Positions 53,550 through 64,000 of a stretch of 64,000 nt of DNA are shown in pieces. The stretch's first letter is position 1; every line of letters starts with the position of its first letter. Under the pieces are notes generated by a model that was given only the letters and a program-made list of their open reading frames with translations, was not told where the DNA came from and ran no database searches. Made by a program: the position numbers and the translations under genes. Source of the stretch: Spirochaetia bacterium (GTDB taxonomy: Bacteria > Spirochaetota > Spirochaetia > CADAEX01). Location of the stretch: NCBI GenBank assembly GCA_963662265.2, contig CAXXHA010000036.1, positions 128,001 through 192,000 of the forward strand, given 5' to 3'.

Positions 53550-54932
53550 TTGAGTAATTCAAATGAAAGAGAACAGCTTGCGAGCAGGCTTGGTTTTCTT
53601 CTGATCTCTGCAGGTTGTGCAATCGGGCTTGGTAATGTATGGAGGTTCCCGTTCATAACAGGAAAATACGGTGGAGCAGCTTTTGTTCTTATCTATCTCG
53701 TATTTCTTGTAATTCTCGGTCTCCCTGTTATGATAACAGAATTTGCTATCGGCCGTGCAGGGCGTAAAAACATTGCAGGTGCGCTTTTGGCCCTTGAGCC
53801 GGAAGGATCAAAATGGCACCTGTACGGTAAGCTTGCAATTCTGGGTAACGTCATTCTTATGATGTTCTACACTACAGTTGCAGGATGGATGCTGGCATAT
53901 TTCTTTTATATGGTGAAAGGGGATCTTTCAGGACTGACACCTGACCAGGTCGGCGGCTTCTTCGGCGGCATGCTTGGAAGTCCGGGAACACTTGTCTTCT
54001 GGATGCTGCTTACTGTAGTTCTCGGATTTTTTATCTGTTCACTCGGACTTCAGAAAGGTGTTGAAAAAGTAACCAAGATTATGATGTCAGCTCTCTTTGT
54101 AATCCTGATTATTCTTGTATTCAGGGCAGTGAGTCTTCCGGGAGCAGGTAAAGGTGTTTCTTTCTATCTTAAACCTGATTTCGGCAAAGTAGTTGAAAAC
54201 GGTCTGTGGGAAACAATCTATGCTGCAATGGGACAGGCATTCTTTACCTTAAGTCTTGGTATCGGTAGTATGGCTATTTTCGGCTCATACATCGGAAGAG
54301 AAAGATCACTTACAGGCGAATCAATAAACATCATGGTACTTGATACTTTAGTTGCGCTTCTCGCCGGTATGATTATCTTCCCGGCATGTTTTGCTTTCGG
54401 ACAGGATCCAGGTGCAGGCCCGGGTCTCATCTTTGTAACTATTCCCAATATTTTCAACAATATGGCTGCAGGAAGGCTCTGGGGATCATTATTCTTCCTG
54501 TTCCTGAGTTTTGCAGCTATGTCAACAGTAATTGCTGTTTTTGAAAATATCATGGCTTATGCAATTGATGAGTGGGGATGGACCAGAAAGAAAAGCGCGG
54601 CTGTCGGTGGTGTTGCAATGTTTCTTCTTTCACTTCCATGTGCTTTCGGTTTCAATATCTGGAGTTCATTCCAGCCTCTCGGAGAAGGATCTGCTGTAAT
54701 TGACCTGTGGGACTTTATTGTAAGTATGAACCTCCTTCCTGTCGGTTCTCTGATATTTGTTGTTTTCTGTTCCTATAAAATCGGTTGGGGATGGGACAAC
54801 TTTATCAAGGAAGCTGATGCTGGCGAAGGTATTAAATATCCTCAGTGGATCAAGCCCTATGTAAAATATGTTATTCCTGCAATTATGATTATTGTATTTA
54901 TTCAGGGATATATTGATAAATTTTCCGGCTAG
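53550..54932 (+). CDS. Sodium-dependent amino-acid transporter (NSS/SNF family)
   Basis: GCAIGLGNVWRFP, GGAAF, GQAFFTLSLG, GPGLIF. Confidence 0.92.
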   Translation: MSNSNEREQLASRLGFLLISAGCAIGLGNVWRFPFITGKYGGAAFVLIYLVFLVILGLPVMITEFAIGRAGRKNIAGALLALEPEGSKWHLYGKLAILGNVILMMFYTTVAGWMLAYFFYMVKGDLSGLTPDQVGGFFGGMLGSPGTLVFWMLLTVVLGFFICSLGLQKGVEKVTKIMMSALFVILIILVFRAVSLPGAGKGVSFYLKPDFGKVVENGLWETIYAAMGQAFFTLSLGIGSMAIFGSYIGRERSLTGESINIMVLDTLVALLAGMIIFPACFAFGQDPGAGPGLIFVTIPNIFNNMAAGRLWGSLFFLFLSFAAMSTVIAVFENIMAYAIDEWGWTRKKSAAVGGVAMFLLSLPCAFGFNIWSSFQPLGEGSAVIDLWDFIVSMNLLPVGSLIFVVFCSYKIGWGWDNFIKEADAGEGIKYPQWIKPYVKYVIPAIMIIVFIQGYIDKFSG

Positions 54933-55023
54933 AAAATTGATTGGAGAATATTAAAAAAAGGCTGTGGATCCGGTTTTCTGTTTTGCCGACGTTGCAGAAG
55001 CTGATTCAGGTCTTTTATGAAAT

Positions 55024-55055
55024 AAACCCCGGTGCTGCGAAGTACCGGGGTTTTT
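55024..55055. terminator. Rho-independent terminator between convergent genes
   Basis: AAACCCCGGTGC..GTACCGGGGTTTTT. Confidence 0.75.
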
Positions 55056-55118
55056 GTTTTCAACCATATAAATATGCGTTGTTATTTTTCTTCTGTCAGT
55101 ATTGAAGCTGGCAAGTAT

Positions 55119-57530
55119 TTATCCTTTCATCAGCTCTTCTGCTACTCTGATTGCTTCAACACCGTCTTTGGAATAGTTTGCTCCTATTGACTCTGCCCAT
55201 TCTCTTGTTACAACAGCTCCTCCCACCATAAAGGGGCAGTCAATTCCCTCTTTTTTAGCCATTTCCATGACTTCAGGCATTTTTATCATAGTTGTTGTCA
55301 TCAGGGCGGAAAGCGCGATAATCTGGGGTTTGTAATCTTTTGCAGCTTTTATTATTTCTGCAGCAGGAATATCCTTGCCAAGGTCTATAACTTCAAATCC
55401 GAAATTCTTCATCATCAGTACAACAATATTCTTTCCTATATCGTGTATATCCCCTTCAACTGTTGCAAAAATAATTTTTCCCTTGCTTGCGCCCTCTTCC
55501 TGGTTCAGCATCGGTTCTAGAAGTGTGAACCCTTTTTTCATTGTTTCAGCGCTTGCTATAAGCTGCGGCAGGAAATATTCCTTTTTATCATAGAGTTCCC
55601 CGACATGAATTATTGCAGGTATCATGATTTTTTCAAGGAGGTAGCTTGCCTCTGTTTTTTCTTCAACAGCTTTCTTTATTACAGGAAGGATATCATCCCT
55701 TATCCCCTCAATAATCCCTTTTCTTACCAGCTCTTCACTGGACAGCTTTTCCTCTGCGGGAAGTTTTTTTTCTGCTGTTTCAGCAGCATTGTTCTGGCAG
55801 AAAGATATATAGCTGAGTGCGTCCTTGTCCCTTTCGGTGAGAAGGTCTGATGCAGCTTTCAGTTCCATCAGCAGCTTGTTTGCAGGGTTTGCAATTACAT
55901 GGTTCAGGCCGTTGAAAACTGCCATTGCAAGGAAGGTTGCATTGATTCTTCCCCTTTCAGGAAGGCCGAATGAGATATTTGAAAGCCCTGCAGCAGCGCC
56001 GAATCCGTTTTCTGTTGCCCATGAGATTGTTTTCAGTGTTTCTTTGGCAGCTTCCGGTTTTGAAGAGACAGTCATTACAAGTCCGTCTACCAGGATATCC
56101 TGTTTCCTGTACCCGAGTTTTTCCGCCTTTTTAAAGACATCCTTTATTATATCGACCCTTCTCTCTGCTTTTGCAGGCAGTTCATCATCTGTCAGCGGCA
56201 GCATTATAAACATTGATCCGTATTTCGCGGCAACCGGGAGAAGCTTTTCAATCTTCTCTTTTTCCCCTGATATTGAATTGATTAAGGCTCTTCCCGGATA
56301 ATACCTGAGTGCTGCCTCGACAACTGAAATATCTGATGAATCAATAACAAGCGGAAGGTCCGTCTGGGGAGAAAGAAGGCTTATCAGATCAAGCATAGTC
56401 TGTTTTTCATCAATACCCGGCATTCCCGCGTTTACATCAAGAAAATCAGCCCCGTCATTTCTCTGTTCGAGCGCGAATTTTCTTACTGTTGTAAATTTCC
56501 CCTCTTTGAGTTCCGCCTGGAGCTTTTTCTTTCCCGTGGGATTTATCCTTTCCCCGATAATCCTGACCGGACTGTTTTTCCAGGTTATAACTGCCTCACG
56601 GGAACTTGAAAGTGAGAAGCATCCGACACCCCCTTCAGGCGGAAGAACAGGTTTTTTACCCTCCATGGCCTTACTCAGTGCATTTATATGGAGTGGAGAA
56701 GTGCCGCAGCATCCTCCCATTATGTTTACACCTGCATCGCAGAATGCATCTGCATAGGATGCGAAATCAGTTTCATTCATGGGGAATACAGTCTGGCCAT
56801 CAACAATTGTAGGCATCCCCGCATTCGGTTTTGCAACAAGTGGGATATCTGTTATATGCTTGATTCTTCTGATTACTTCCAGCATTTCCGCAGGACCTGT
56901 GGAACAGTTGCAGCCCACAGCATCTGCACCGAGGCTCTGGAGCGTAATAAGTGCTGCTTCGGGAGATGTCCCGTTGAGTGTTCTTCCGTCAGGTTCGTAT
57001 GTCATTGTGACTATTGTAAAAGCATCGGGATCGGTTTCCTTCACTGCAATAAGAGCAGCCCTTGCCTCCTGAATATCCATCTGGGTTTCAATTACAAAGA
57101 GGTCGGCTCCCCCGTCAATGAGTCCCCTGACCTGCCTCTTGCAGGACTCAACAGCTTCATCAAAATCAACTTCTCCGAAAGGCTTTATAAAATGCCCTGT
57201 CGGCCCTATATCGCCTGCAACAAGAGTGTCTTTTCCTACAGCTTCCCTTGCCATTTCCGCGAGTTGTCTGTTGACCCCCTCGACATCTTTTTCGCCGTAT
57301 TCTTCAAGCTTGTAGCTGTTTGCCCCGAAAGTGCATGTATATATTATATCTGAGCCTGCATCTGCATAGCTTTTGTATATGGATTTCTGTACTTCAGGAT
57401 TTTGAATTGCCCACAGTTCAGGACATACACCAACAGGCATCCCCTTCTTCTGAAGCTCGGTACCTGTCGCCCCGTCAAGAATAAGAATTTTATTCTCAAG
57501 CATTTTTCTTATTTCATTTCCATGTTTCAT
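55119..57530 (-). CDS. metH: Cobalamin-dependent methionine synthase (Hcy-, folate- and B12-binding domains; no activation domain)
   Basis: LDGATGT, GGCCGT, IGERINPTG, INSISGE, GLSNISFG, DIHDIGKN, SALMTTT. Confidence 0.92.
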   Translation of the reverse strand: MKHGNEIRKMLENKILILDGATGTELQKKGMPVGVCPELWAIQNPEVQKSIYKSYADAGSDIIYTCTFGANSYKLEEYGEKDVEGVNRQLAEMAREAVGKDTLVAGDIGPTGHFIKPFGEVDFDEAVESCKRQVRGLIDGGADLFVIETQMDIQEARAALIAVKETDPDAFTIVTMTYEPDGRTLNGTSPEAALITLQSLGADAVGCNCSTGPAEMLEVIRRIKHITDIPLVAKPNAGMPTIVDGQTVFPMNETDFASYADAFCDAGVNIMGGCCGTSPLHINALSKAMEGKKPVLPPEGGVGCFSLSSSREAVITWKNSPVRIIGERINPTGKKKLQAELKEGKFTTVRKFALEQRNDGADFLDVNAGMPGIDEKQTMLDLISLLSPQTDLPLVIDSSDISVVEAALRYYPGRALINSISGEKEKIEKLLPVAAKYGSMFIMLPLTDDELPAKAERRVDIIKDVFKKAEKLGYRKQDILVDGLVMTVSSKPEAAKETLKTISWATENGFGAAAGLSNISFGLPERGRINATFLAMAVFNGLNHVIANPANKLLMELKAASDLLTERDKDALSYISFCQNNAAETAEKKLPAEEKLSSEELVRKGIIEGIRDDILPVIKKAVEEKTEASYLLEKIMIPAIIHVGELYDKKEYFLPQLIASAETMKKGFTLLEPMLNQEEGASKGKIIFATVEGDIHDIGKNIVVLMMKNFGFEVIDLGKDIPAAEIIKAAKDYKPQIIALSALMTTTMIKMPEVMEMAKKEGIDCPFMVGGAVVTREWAESIGANYSKDGVEAIRVAEELMKG

Positions 57531-57642
57531 AGTGTATCTCCTGAAATACTGATTTATTGTTTTTTTACATTAAATTATGATTGTTTTCAACACAGATATC
57601 TGATGAAATTTTCCTGGTAATAATATCTGAGGCCTGAGTTTT

Positions 57643-58275
57643 TCAGATAATCCCTGTTATTGCAATTACAGATTTCTGCGGTATCATCATGAAGCTTTTT
57701 GTAAGAGTGATTCCCAGTTTATCAAGGTCAAGGATATCATATATTGTTTTCTGGATCTCGAGGCTCAAGTCCCCGTATCCCGGTGAAAAACGCTTTGAAA
57801 GCAGTTTTTTTGATTCTCTCACAAGGTTCCTGCTGTAGAGAGACATCACATAATCAAGACCTGAATCCACAATTTCACCTGCAGCAGCATCAATCACAAC
57901 AGCTTTTGTCATTTCAGATTTCTGGCATTCCTCGACAGCATCCATTACTGCTTTTCCCCCGGTAATTCCCATCAGTAATACTTCATTTGAATCTTTCAGG
58001 AACCTGGAAAGGTATTTGCTGGTTATTTTAAATGAATTGTCATCAGTATTTTTTTTATCGGCAGGAAATTCTACAGTTACAGAATCATCATCCCTATCAG
58101 TTATTTTAAGCCTTTCCGCAGATGCTTTCAGGCTTAGCAGGAATGCTGCCTCTTCAATATAGCTGTTAACTTCAGCCAGGAATGAATCAGATACTTCGGC
58201 TGTTTTCTTCTTGTATCCGAGCCGAACAAGTATTGGGTGGCTGTCAATTTTTACAGGTATACTGCTGATAATCAT
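57643..58275 (-). CDS. Stand-alone methionine synthase activation (AdoMet-binding) domain
   Basis: RFSPGYGDL, MMIPQKSV; directly upstream of truncated metH. Confidence 0.85.
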   Translation of the reverse strand: MIISSIPVKIDSHPILVRLGYKKKTAEVSDSFLAEVNSYIEEAAFLLSLKASAERLKITDRDDDSVTVEFPADKKNTDDNSFKITSKYLSRFLKDSNEVLLMGITGGKAVMDAVEECQKSEMTKAVVIDAAAGEIVDSGLDYVMSLYSRNLVRESKKLLSKRFSPGYGDLSLEIQKTIYDILDLDKLGITLTKSFMMIPQKSVIAITGII

Positions 58276-58361
58276 GGCCTATTATACCAGAAGCAAATAA
58301 GTTTATTACATAGCCATATCTGTTTAATTTTACTATTTAGGATAATTTCAATTTATTTTAC

Positions 58362-60807
58362 TTAACTGTAAAGCTCCTTTTTTACAGCAATTCCTATTTT
58401 TTCGATAGTATACGGTTTTTTTATAAACTGTCCTGCCCCGAGTTTCATTGTTTCCCTGACTCTGTCATTTTCCGCATAACCGCTTGCAATTACAGCTTTC
58501 TGGTCATGCTTTACTTCAAGGATTTTCCTGTATGTTTCCAGCCCGTCAACGTCCGGATCTTCCAGAATCATATCCAGGATAACAAGGTCTGTCCTGTTGT
58601 TCCTGACAAACTCAACAGCCTCATCCGCATCTTTTACAGAAAAAGCATTATATCCGAGACTCTTCAGTATTTCACATGAAAGCTCTCTCTGTTCCCTGAT
58701 ATCGTCAACAATGAGAATATATTCTCCGTTGCCGGAATACGACTCTCTTTCATGGGGAACAGTGCTTTCTTCCAGTGCTTCCCTGGCTGCAGGAAAATAA
58801 AGCTGGAATTCTGTTCCCCAGTTTTCTCTGGTTTGAACATTGATAGCACCGTTATGGTCCTGTATTGTTCCCCAGACAACAGCCATTCCCAGCCCTGTTC
58901 CGCTTCGCCCCCATCACTTTTTTGGAAAAAAAGGGTTCAAAAATATGCTCAAGATCATCATTGCTGATTCCCTGCCCGTTGTCTTTTATACTGAGAAGTA
59001 CATAATCTCCCTCATCTAGCTGCTGGTAACCTGTTATCGGTTTATCCGCATAGTAGTTTTCTGTTTTTAAGATTATCCTGCCTCCATCCGGCAGTGCTTC
59101 TGCCGCATTGTTTACCAGGTTCATTACAGATTTCTGAATATGTATTTCTGATCCCCTGATTTTCATCAGATCCGGTTCCAGAAAAGTTTCAATAGACACA
59201 TCAGGATGAGATGACATTGTATTTACATGTTCAGGAGAAATCAGATACTGGCTTATTATCCTGTTTATATCCAGAAGAACAGACTGCTGAACCCCTCTCC
59301 TTGCCAGTGCAAGAAGGTCTTCAACAATGGCTGCAGCCTTGTTCCCTGATGTCAGTATTGTCTGTATATATTTCCTGTGGGGGTCATCTTCTGCCATTGT
59401 CTCCAGGATAAGTTCAGGGTATCCTATAACTGCGGAAAGAACATTGTTAAGATCATGGGCAACCCCGCCGGCAAGGAGCCCGAGGGCTTCCATTTTCCTG
59501 CTCCTCAGAAGCTGCTCCTGTATCTGCCTGAGTGCTTCTTCTGCCCGGTTTCTCTCATCTGTCATCATGTTTGCAGATTCTGCAAGATTTCTGAACTCTT
59601 TGAATTTGATATTCTCTGTATCTATTTTTACTGATTTGACTGCTGATTGTTTGAAAAACTCATTGAACCTGTTGATATTCATTGTAATTGAACCTGCTGT
59701 GAATTTTGAAAACCTGAATATCAGAATAAGAGTGATGATTAGAACAAAGATAATAATTGCAATGTCCCTCGAAATATTTCCTATAAGTTCTTTCTGCTTT
59801 AAATTTATTATTTTATCAATTTCATCAACATATACACCGGTTCCGACAGTCCACTGCCAGTCATTGACATTTTTTATAAATGCTATTTTATTTCCGGGTC
59901 TTTCATTAGTGATGTATGATATTAACCTGTATTCCAGAAAATCCCCCTGTTCCTTTCTGGAAAGCCTGATCATTTCTCTGAAGATAAATTTCCTGTCAGC
60001 GTCCCGGTAATCAAGAAGATTATTGTTTATAATATCTCTATCCCTGTGAGCTAAAACTTTCCCCAGGTAATCTATCACAAAAATATAACCGTCTTTATTG
60101 AATCGTATTTTATTGATCCAGCCAAGTGTTTCATTTTTTATATCTTCTGTGAAATCCTCAATATATTCGCCTGTTCCTATGAACAAATTATAAGGGGGGA
60201 AGGATTTCAGAAAACCTATTTTCTTCATCATTCCGCCGGAATCACCCGGTTTAAACCAGTGCCATTCCATGAAACCTTCGCCTGATGATGAAACCAGTTT
60301 TATCGCTCTCTGTATTGTGTATAATCCTCTGCTGTCCTGTAAATCTATCAGGTTAGTCCCTTCAAGTTCGGGAGATGTAGGAAGCAGGATATTGTTTCCC
60401 TTCATATCATATATATAGAAATATCCCCTCCCGTTGTTGAATCTCACAGGGCGGAGAGCTTCTTTTATCAGGTTTATGATTTCGTTCCTGCTTCGCTTCC
60501 CTTTAAACCTGTTGTAAATACCTTCTGCAACAACATATGCTTCGTACACCCTTTCTTTCAGCGATGTTTCCAGTTCATTTCTCGTATGCTGCTTCCTGAA
60601 CTCAATATATTCAATCGCCCTTGATACTTCGTCTCTGGCTTTCTCTTTCTGTTGAGTAATATAATTTGCACTCAGTGATTTTCTTTCGCTGCTGAATTTC
60701 CTTATTTCTCCCGAAATCAAAATACTTCCCACGATGAAAACAGAAATAAATGAGGTGAAAAACATGGCTGCTGTTACTGATTTCTTGAAGCTGTCTAAAA
60801 ACTTCAT
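58362..60807 (-). CDS. Hybrid sensor histidine kinase with tandem Cache domains and receiver (frameshift near 58900)
   Basis: Two Cache_2-like repeats (RFN..GYF/IF..GTG.Y) between TMs; H-box GGVAHDLNN, NLVNNA, DNGQG, FEPFF, G2 box GTGLGM across the shift; receiver IVDD..ILDM..KP. Confidence 0.88.
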
Positions 60808-61083
60808 TATTGAAAGTCCTCCGTAATACAGCAGCACTTTCCCGATGCAGAAACCTGTAAAACAGATAATTTGTTTATATTGTATTATGCTGTTGTACAA
60901 CAATTTATGTATCTAAACTAAGTATAGGATTCTGAAGTTTCAGATGTCAATGTTGTGTTTTTCTCTCCCGGGTCCTGTTTGCGGGTTATCAGTTTTTTTT
61001 ACTTTTCTTGCTTTCTGCATGGTATTGAGTTAAATTTACTGCATAATGATGCAATTCAGTTACACGCGACGGGAGAAAAGTAA

Positions 61084-61995
61084 ATGAAAATAGGTTTTGT
61101 AGGGCTTGGAAAAATGGGCCTTCCTATGACTGAGCGGCTGCTTAAAGGCGGTCATGATGTTGTTGTTTATAACCGGTCCAGGGAAAAAGTGGAAAAAGCT
61201 GTTGAAAACGGTGCTGAAGGTTCTCAGTCGGTTGAAGAACTTGTTGACAGGCTTGAAGGAAGAAAGGTTGTATGGCTCATGGTCCCATCCGGCAGTCTTG
61301 TTGATGACATGATAGAAAAGGTTTCTGTTAAAATGAATAAGAACGATATAATAATTGACGGAGGGAATTCCAACTGGAAGGATTCCATGAGGAGGGGAAC
61401 TTCCCTCTCTGAAAAAGGGATTCATTATATTGACTGCGGAACAAGCGGCGGCGTATGGGGACTTGAAAACGGATACTGCCTCATGTACGGGGGGGAAGAG
61501 GAGCCCTGCAGTTATGCAGAGCCGATTTTCAGGACTCTTGCCCCTGAAAACGGGTATCTCCGCTGCGGAAAAACCGGATCAGGCCATTTTGTGAAAATGG
61601 TCCATAATGGGATAGAATACGGGATGATGCAGGCCTATGCCGAAGGTTTTGCCATAATGGAGAAATCCGAGTTTAATATTGATAATAGGGCTGTAAGCAA
61701 AGTGTGGCAGCATGGATCAGTAATAAGATCCTGGCTTCTTGAACTTGCAGATAAAGCTTTTTCCGATGATCCGGAACTTGAAAAACTTGAACCGTTTGTT
61801 GCAGACAGCGGGGAAGGGCGGTGGACTGTAGATGCAGCTGTTGAACTGGGCGTGCCTGCTCCTGTTATTTCATCATCAATATTTTCGAGATTCCAGTCCC
61901 AGGGGAACGGCGACTTTTCAATGAAAATTCTTTCAGCGCTGAGAAATCAGTTCGGTGGACATGCTGTCAGGGAAAAAGGGAAATCCGGGGGATAA
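61084..61995 (+). CDS. gnd: 6-phosphogluconate dehydrogenase (decarboxylating, short type)
   Basis: GLGKMG, DGGNS, GTSGG, KMVHNGIEYG, DSGEGRW, RNQFGGH. Confidence 0.93.
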   Translation: MKIGFVGLGKMGLPMTERLLKGGHDVVVYNRSREKVEKAVENGAEGSQSVEELVDRLEGRKVVWLMVPSGSLVDDMIEKVSVKMNKNDIIIDGGNSNWKDSMRRGTSLSEKGIHYIDCGTSGGVWGLENGYCLMYGGEEEPCSYAEPIFRTLAPENGYLRCGKTGSGHFVKMVHNGIEYGMMQAYAEGFAIMEKSEFNIDNRAVSKVWQHGSVIRSWLLELADKAFSDDPELEKLEPFVADSGEGRWTVDAAVELGVPAPVISSSIFSRFQSQGNGDFSMKILSALRNQFGGHAVREKGKSGG

Positions 61996-61999
61996 TACT

Positions 62000-63481
62000 G
62001 TGGATAATGATTCAATCCTTGTAATCTTCGGAGCCTCAGGTGATCTTTCCAGGAGAAAGCTTATCCCTGCTTTTACAAATCTTTTAAAAAACGGCTCAAT
62101 AGGCAGAAGGACAAAAATCCTTGGAGTTGGCCGTACAGATCTTTCTGATGAAGATTTCAGGCAGCTTACAGACTACAGCGGCAGGGATGATGCATTTTTC
62201 TACCAGCAGATTGATACGGAAGACCCTGTTTCCTATATAAAGCTGAAGGACAGGCTTTCAATCCTGGACAGCGGAGAAGAAAAGTGCGGCCGGTATATTT
62301 TTTACCTGGCAGTTCCCCCTGTGATGTATCCCAAAATAATTGATGGCCTCTCTCATGTTTCACTTAACATTGCCGGTGAAAAAAACGGCTGCAGAAGAAT
62401 TGTCATTGAAAAACCTTTCGGAAGTTCCCTGAAAACAGCAGTTGAATTAAACGCTAAGCTTCATGCGGGATTTTCCGAGGAGCAGATTTTCAGAATTGAC
62501 CATTACCTGGGTAAGGAGACTGTTCAGAACATCCTTGCCTTTCGTTTTTCAAACGGTATATTTGAACCTCTCTGGAACAGGAACTATATAAGCTTTGTGG
62601 AAATAACAGCAGCTGAAAGCATCGGTATAGAGAAAAGGGGCAGGTATTATGAAAAATCCGGAGCTCTCCGCGATATGGTGCAGAATCACCTGCTTCAGCT
62701 TACCGCAGTTGCAGCAATGGAACCGCCTGCCAGGTTTAACGCAGACAGTGTCAGGTCCGAGACTTTAAAAGTATTTCAGGCGCTGAGACTTTATGAAGAA
62801 GATGAAATACCTCTGAATGTTGTAAAGGGACAGTATTCGGAATCTGTCATCAGAGGGGAAAGAGTTAAAGGTTACCGTGAAGAGGATAATGTTTCCCCGG
62901 GTTCAAGGACTGAAACATTTGCCGCTCTGAGAGTCTTTATAGACAACTGGAGATGGGGCGGTGTCCCTTTTTTCATCAGGACAGGAAAAAAACTTCCTGC
63001 AAGGGTTTCTGAAATTGTGATTCATTTTAAACCGACACCTTCCCAGATATTTTCCGGACAGAACAGCAGCTGCAGCTGTGAAAATGTCCTGATTCTCAGA
63101 ATTCAGCCGGATGAAGGTGTTTTAATGACTCTTGGAATGAAAAGGCCGGGAGGCGGTTTCGAAATACAGGAAATGGAGATGGATTTCAGGTATTCAGATA
63201 TTTCCGATTCAGCGCTTCCCGATGCTTATGAGAGGCTTCTCTTTGATATTGTCCAGGGTGACCAGACCCTGTTTACACGATCTGACGGAGTAGAGGAATG
63301 CTGGAAATTTATTGATCCTGTAATCAGGTACTGGGAAAATAACAGTAGTGCCCCGGTTTTCAGTTATCCTGCCGGGACATGGGGACCTGAAGAAGCTGAA
63401 AAGCTGATAAAAGATTCAGGTTCCGGATGGAGGTATCCATGCAAAAATCTAACAGAAACAGGTACTTATTGTGAATTGTGA
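62000..63481 (+). CDS. zwf: Glucose-6-phosphate 1-dehydrogenase
   Basis: GASGDL, EKPFG, RIDHYLGKE, RDMVQNH, RIQPDEG, AYERL; likely start GTG 62000. Confidence 0.94.
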   Translation: MDNDSILVIFGASGDLSRRKLIPAFTNLLKNGSIGRRTKILGVGRTDLSDEDFRQLTDYSGRDDAFFYQQIDTEDPVSYIKLKDRLSILDSGEEKCGRYIFYLAVPPVMYPKIIDGLSHVSLNIAGEKNGCRRIVIEKPFGSSLKTAVELNAKLHAGFSEEQIFRIDHYLGKETVQNILAFRFSNGIFEPLWNRNYISFVEITAAESIGIEKRGRYYEKSGALRDMVQNHLLQLTAVAAMEPPARFNADSVRSETLKVFQALRLYEEDEIPLNVVKGQYSESVIRGERVKGYREEDNVSPGSRTETFAALRVFIDNWRWGGVPFFIRTGKKLPARVSEIVIHFKPTPSQIFSGQNSSCSCENVLILRIQPDEGVLMTLGMKRPGGGFEIQEMEMDFRYSDISDSALPDAYERLLFDIVQGDQTLFTRSDGVEECWKFIDPVIRYWENNSSAPVFSYPAGTWGPEEAEKLIKDSGSGWRYPCKNLTETGTYCEL

Positions 63482-64000
63482 TTTTTCAGTGAAAATTTTT
63501 GATAATGCTTCAGATCTTGTCATGTCGCTTTCGGAAGAATTTTTTGATGAAGTGAAAAAAATCATCGGAGAGGGAAGAAAGCTTAATGTTGCTTTATCGG
63601 GTGGAAGTACTCCTGACTTTTTTTACTCATATCTGGCAAAAACAGAAGAGGTGAAAAACCAGTTTCTTGATAATGTCAATTTTTTCTGGGTTGATGAGAG
63701 ATGTGTTCCCCCCGATAATCCGGAAAGTAATTTCAGGAAGGTTAACAGCATACTCTTTGAACCTAAAGGGATCCGGGAGGATAATATCTTCAGGATAATG
63801 GGGGAAAACCCGCCGGAAGAGGAAGCCGAGAGGTACAGAAAGGTTCTTGAGGAAAATCTTCCCCGTAAAAACTCCTTTCCTTTTTTTGATATTGTTTTTC
63901 TTGGTGTAGGTTCTGACGGCCATATCGCGAGTCTTTTTCCTGAAAGCAGTCTCCTTAAAGTGAGGAAAAAACTCACAGGTGTTGCTGAATCTCCGGAAAA
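63471..64000 (+). CDS. pgl: 6-phosphogluconolactonase (runs off the right edge)
   Basis: Not in ORF track; translates to ALSGGSTP, FWVDERCVPP..ESNF, LGVGSDGHIASLFP. Confidence 0.9.
   Translation, partial: MNCDFSVKIFDNASDLVMSLSEEFFDEVKKIIGEGRKLNVALSGGSTPDFFYSYLAKTEEVKNQFLDNVNFFWVDERCVPPDNPESNFRKVNSILFEPKGIREDNIFRIMGENPPEEEAERYRKVLEENLPRKNSFPFFDIVFLGVGSDGHIASLFPESSLLKVRKKLTGVAESPE

Noticed and set aside
57531-58361. SAM or cobalamin riboswitch ahead of the metH genes
   Set aside because: Intergenic gaps are short and AT-rich with no recognisable aptamer consensus
12051-60010. Long antisense ORFs in the track (e.g. 12051-12530, 17532-18020, 19257-19856, 35612-36193, 56688-57353, 59327-60010)
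   Set aside because: Shadows of well-supported genes on the opposite strand, with no RBS or motifs
1-64000. CRISPR array, tRNA, rRNA
   Set aside because: No regularly spaced repeats or structural-RNA signatures found by eye; intergenic regions are short

Overview
Bacterial chromosomal window, most likely from a free-living spirochaete (Spirochaetaceae-like, inferred from the Cys-less 'IFAGGKKE' binding-protein signal, several secreted FecR-domain proteins and a giant spirochaete-type exoprotein). Many genes are broken by single-base indels, mostly in homopolymers and including ordinary metabolic genes (trpB, iorA, acyl-CoA ligase). I read these as probable long-read assembly errors and rejoined the genes by eye. 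Ordinary content: mgl-type galactose ABC operon, UDP-glucuronate decarboxylase, DUF485/ActP symporter, PMM/PGM, trpB, polyferredoxin, long-chain acyl-CoA ligase, an IorAB/ADP-forming acyl-CoA synthetase/aminotransferase/Lrp/NSS-transporter cluster, split MetH, a Cache hybrid kinase and gnd-zwf-pgl. Three features stand out. (1) An AT-rich, tandemly amplified minus-strand cassette (7.6-19.8 kb): [secreted FecR protein + two-domain lipoprotein] x3, two copies each followed by a pair of paralogous ~600-aa GT-A/GT2 glycosyltransferases with an N-terminal RRE/PqqD-like winged-helix domain. This is a candidate undescribed protein-glycosylation/surface-assembly system. (2) A membrane-spanning PHP-sCache_2-PAS-CBS-DUF294 nucleotidyltransferase fusion divergent from actP, a candidate one-component writer/eraser carboxylate sensor. 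(3) A ~2,840-aa exoprotein ending in an M23-like peptidase, followed by an AT-rich immunity-like gene. No rRNA, tRNA, CRISPR or IS element was recognised. All family assignments come from motif recognition by eye, not database searches.
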